From Chrysomallon squamiferum (taxonomy: Eukaryota; Animalia; Mollusca), in NCBI GenBank assembly GCA_012295275.1, contig CM022667.1, positions 15,190,001 through 15,254,000 on the forward strand: DNA of 64,000 nucleotides, written 5' to 3'. How positions within the stretch are numbered: the stretch's first letter is position 1; the number at the start of each line of letters is the position of its first letter. The notes beneath the pieces are model-generated. The model had not been told where the DNA came from. It searched no databases and saw only the letters and a program-made list of their open reading frames with translations. A program made the translations under genes and the position numbers. Positions 63,421 through 64,000 of the stretch are shown here, piece by piece.

Positions 63421-64000
63421 TTACATCTGAACAAACCATGTAAATTGTTTTACATTGCGGTCTTCACTTAACTTAAAGTCCGTCTTCAAGTATGTGTACT
63501 CGATCGTTGTGTAACATCCATTGGTTGTTATAATGGATGACATCAGCTGATACTCCGATGAAAAAGTCTGATTACAATAGTCAACCCCTGCTTGGTAAAT
63601 CACTTCAGCAGTAACGTTGCCGTCGGGTGACAACTCTAAATGATCGACATCATATATTTTAAGCACGCCATCTTGAGACTCGACTACGATACGGACAGAT
63701 GCGCCGTTGAGAATCCTTTCTCGCAGACTTACAACCGACCCTTTCACTATTTCTCCGTCACCACTTACAACCAATGCTTCATTCCATGTACGTGTATCTG
63801 TAAACCAGTCTATTCGGGTTCGATCTTCGTACATTCCAGATTTCTCGCCCGTCTCATATTTGTAAACAAATGTCATCAAGTGACCATCTGAAAACGCCAA
63901 TCTTCTTTCATCTGTTCTAGATTCTTCAAAATATTTTATTTGTCCTGAAGTATAGAAGGCATTGGCTCCAATAGGTAGCAGCATATACTCTAGGCTAACT
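63421..64000 (-). CDS. Subfamily B copy 4, 3' part of exon 3 (runs off window)
   Basis: Open frame homologous to B1-B3 repeats 3-4, ending WFVQM-TAA. Confidence 0.85.
   Translation of the reverse strand, partial: VSLEYMLLPIGANAFYTSGQIKYFEESRTDERRLAFSDGHLMTFVYKYETGEKSGMYEDRTRIDWFTDTRTWNEALVVSGDGEIVKGSVVSLRERILNGASVRIVVESQDGVLKIYDVDHLELSPDGNVTAEVIYQAGVDYCNQTFSSEYQLMSSIITTNGCYTTIEYTYLKTDFKLSEDRNVKQFTWFVQM

Noticed and set aside
39379-63891. Recurrent 83-aa plus-strand ORFs antisense to B exon 3, and similar alternative-frame ORFs in A genes
   Set aside because: Conserved only because the host exon is recently duplicated.

Overview
AT-rich, microsatellite-dense, intron-containing animal genomic DNA. 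A mollusc/cephalopod origin is my inference from composition and gene content. (1) At 2560-7459 (+) is a gene with at least 9 coding exons encoding an N-terminal TIR domain fused to a two-TM TMEM268/C9orf91-like body. It has a strikingly GC-rich TIR exon, a probable U12 (minor spliceosome) intron and a 36-nt micro-exon. Candidate CTCF and TCTCGCGAGA motifs lie upstream. (2) From about 8.3 kb to the window end is a tandem array of one secreted protein family: signal peptide + PAN/Apple + EGF + four tandem ~115-125 aa repeats I cannot name, ~607 aa, 3 exons. Three intact subfamily-A genes lie on + and three complete plus one partial subfamily-B gene on -. They are interleaved with at least five A-type pseudogenes and co-amplified Tc1/mariner remnants. 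Paralogs show localized hypervariable patches and mosaic (gene-conversion-like) relationships, consistent with a rapidly diversifying recognition/effector family.
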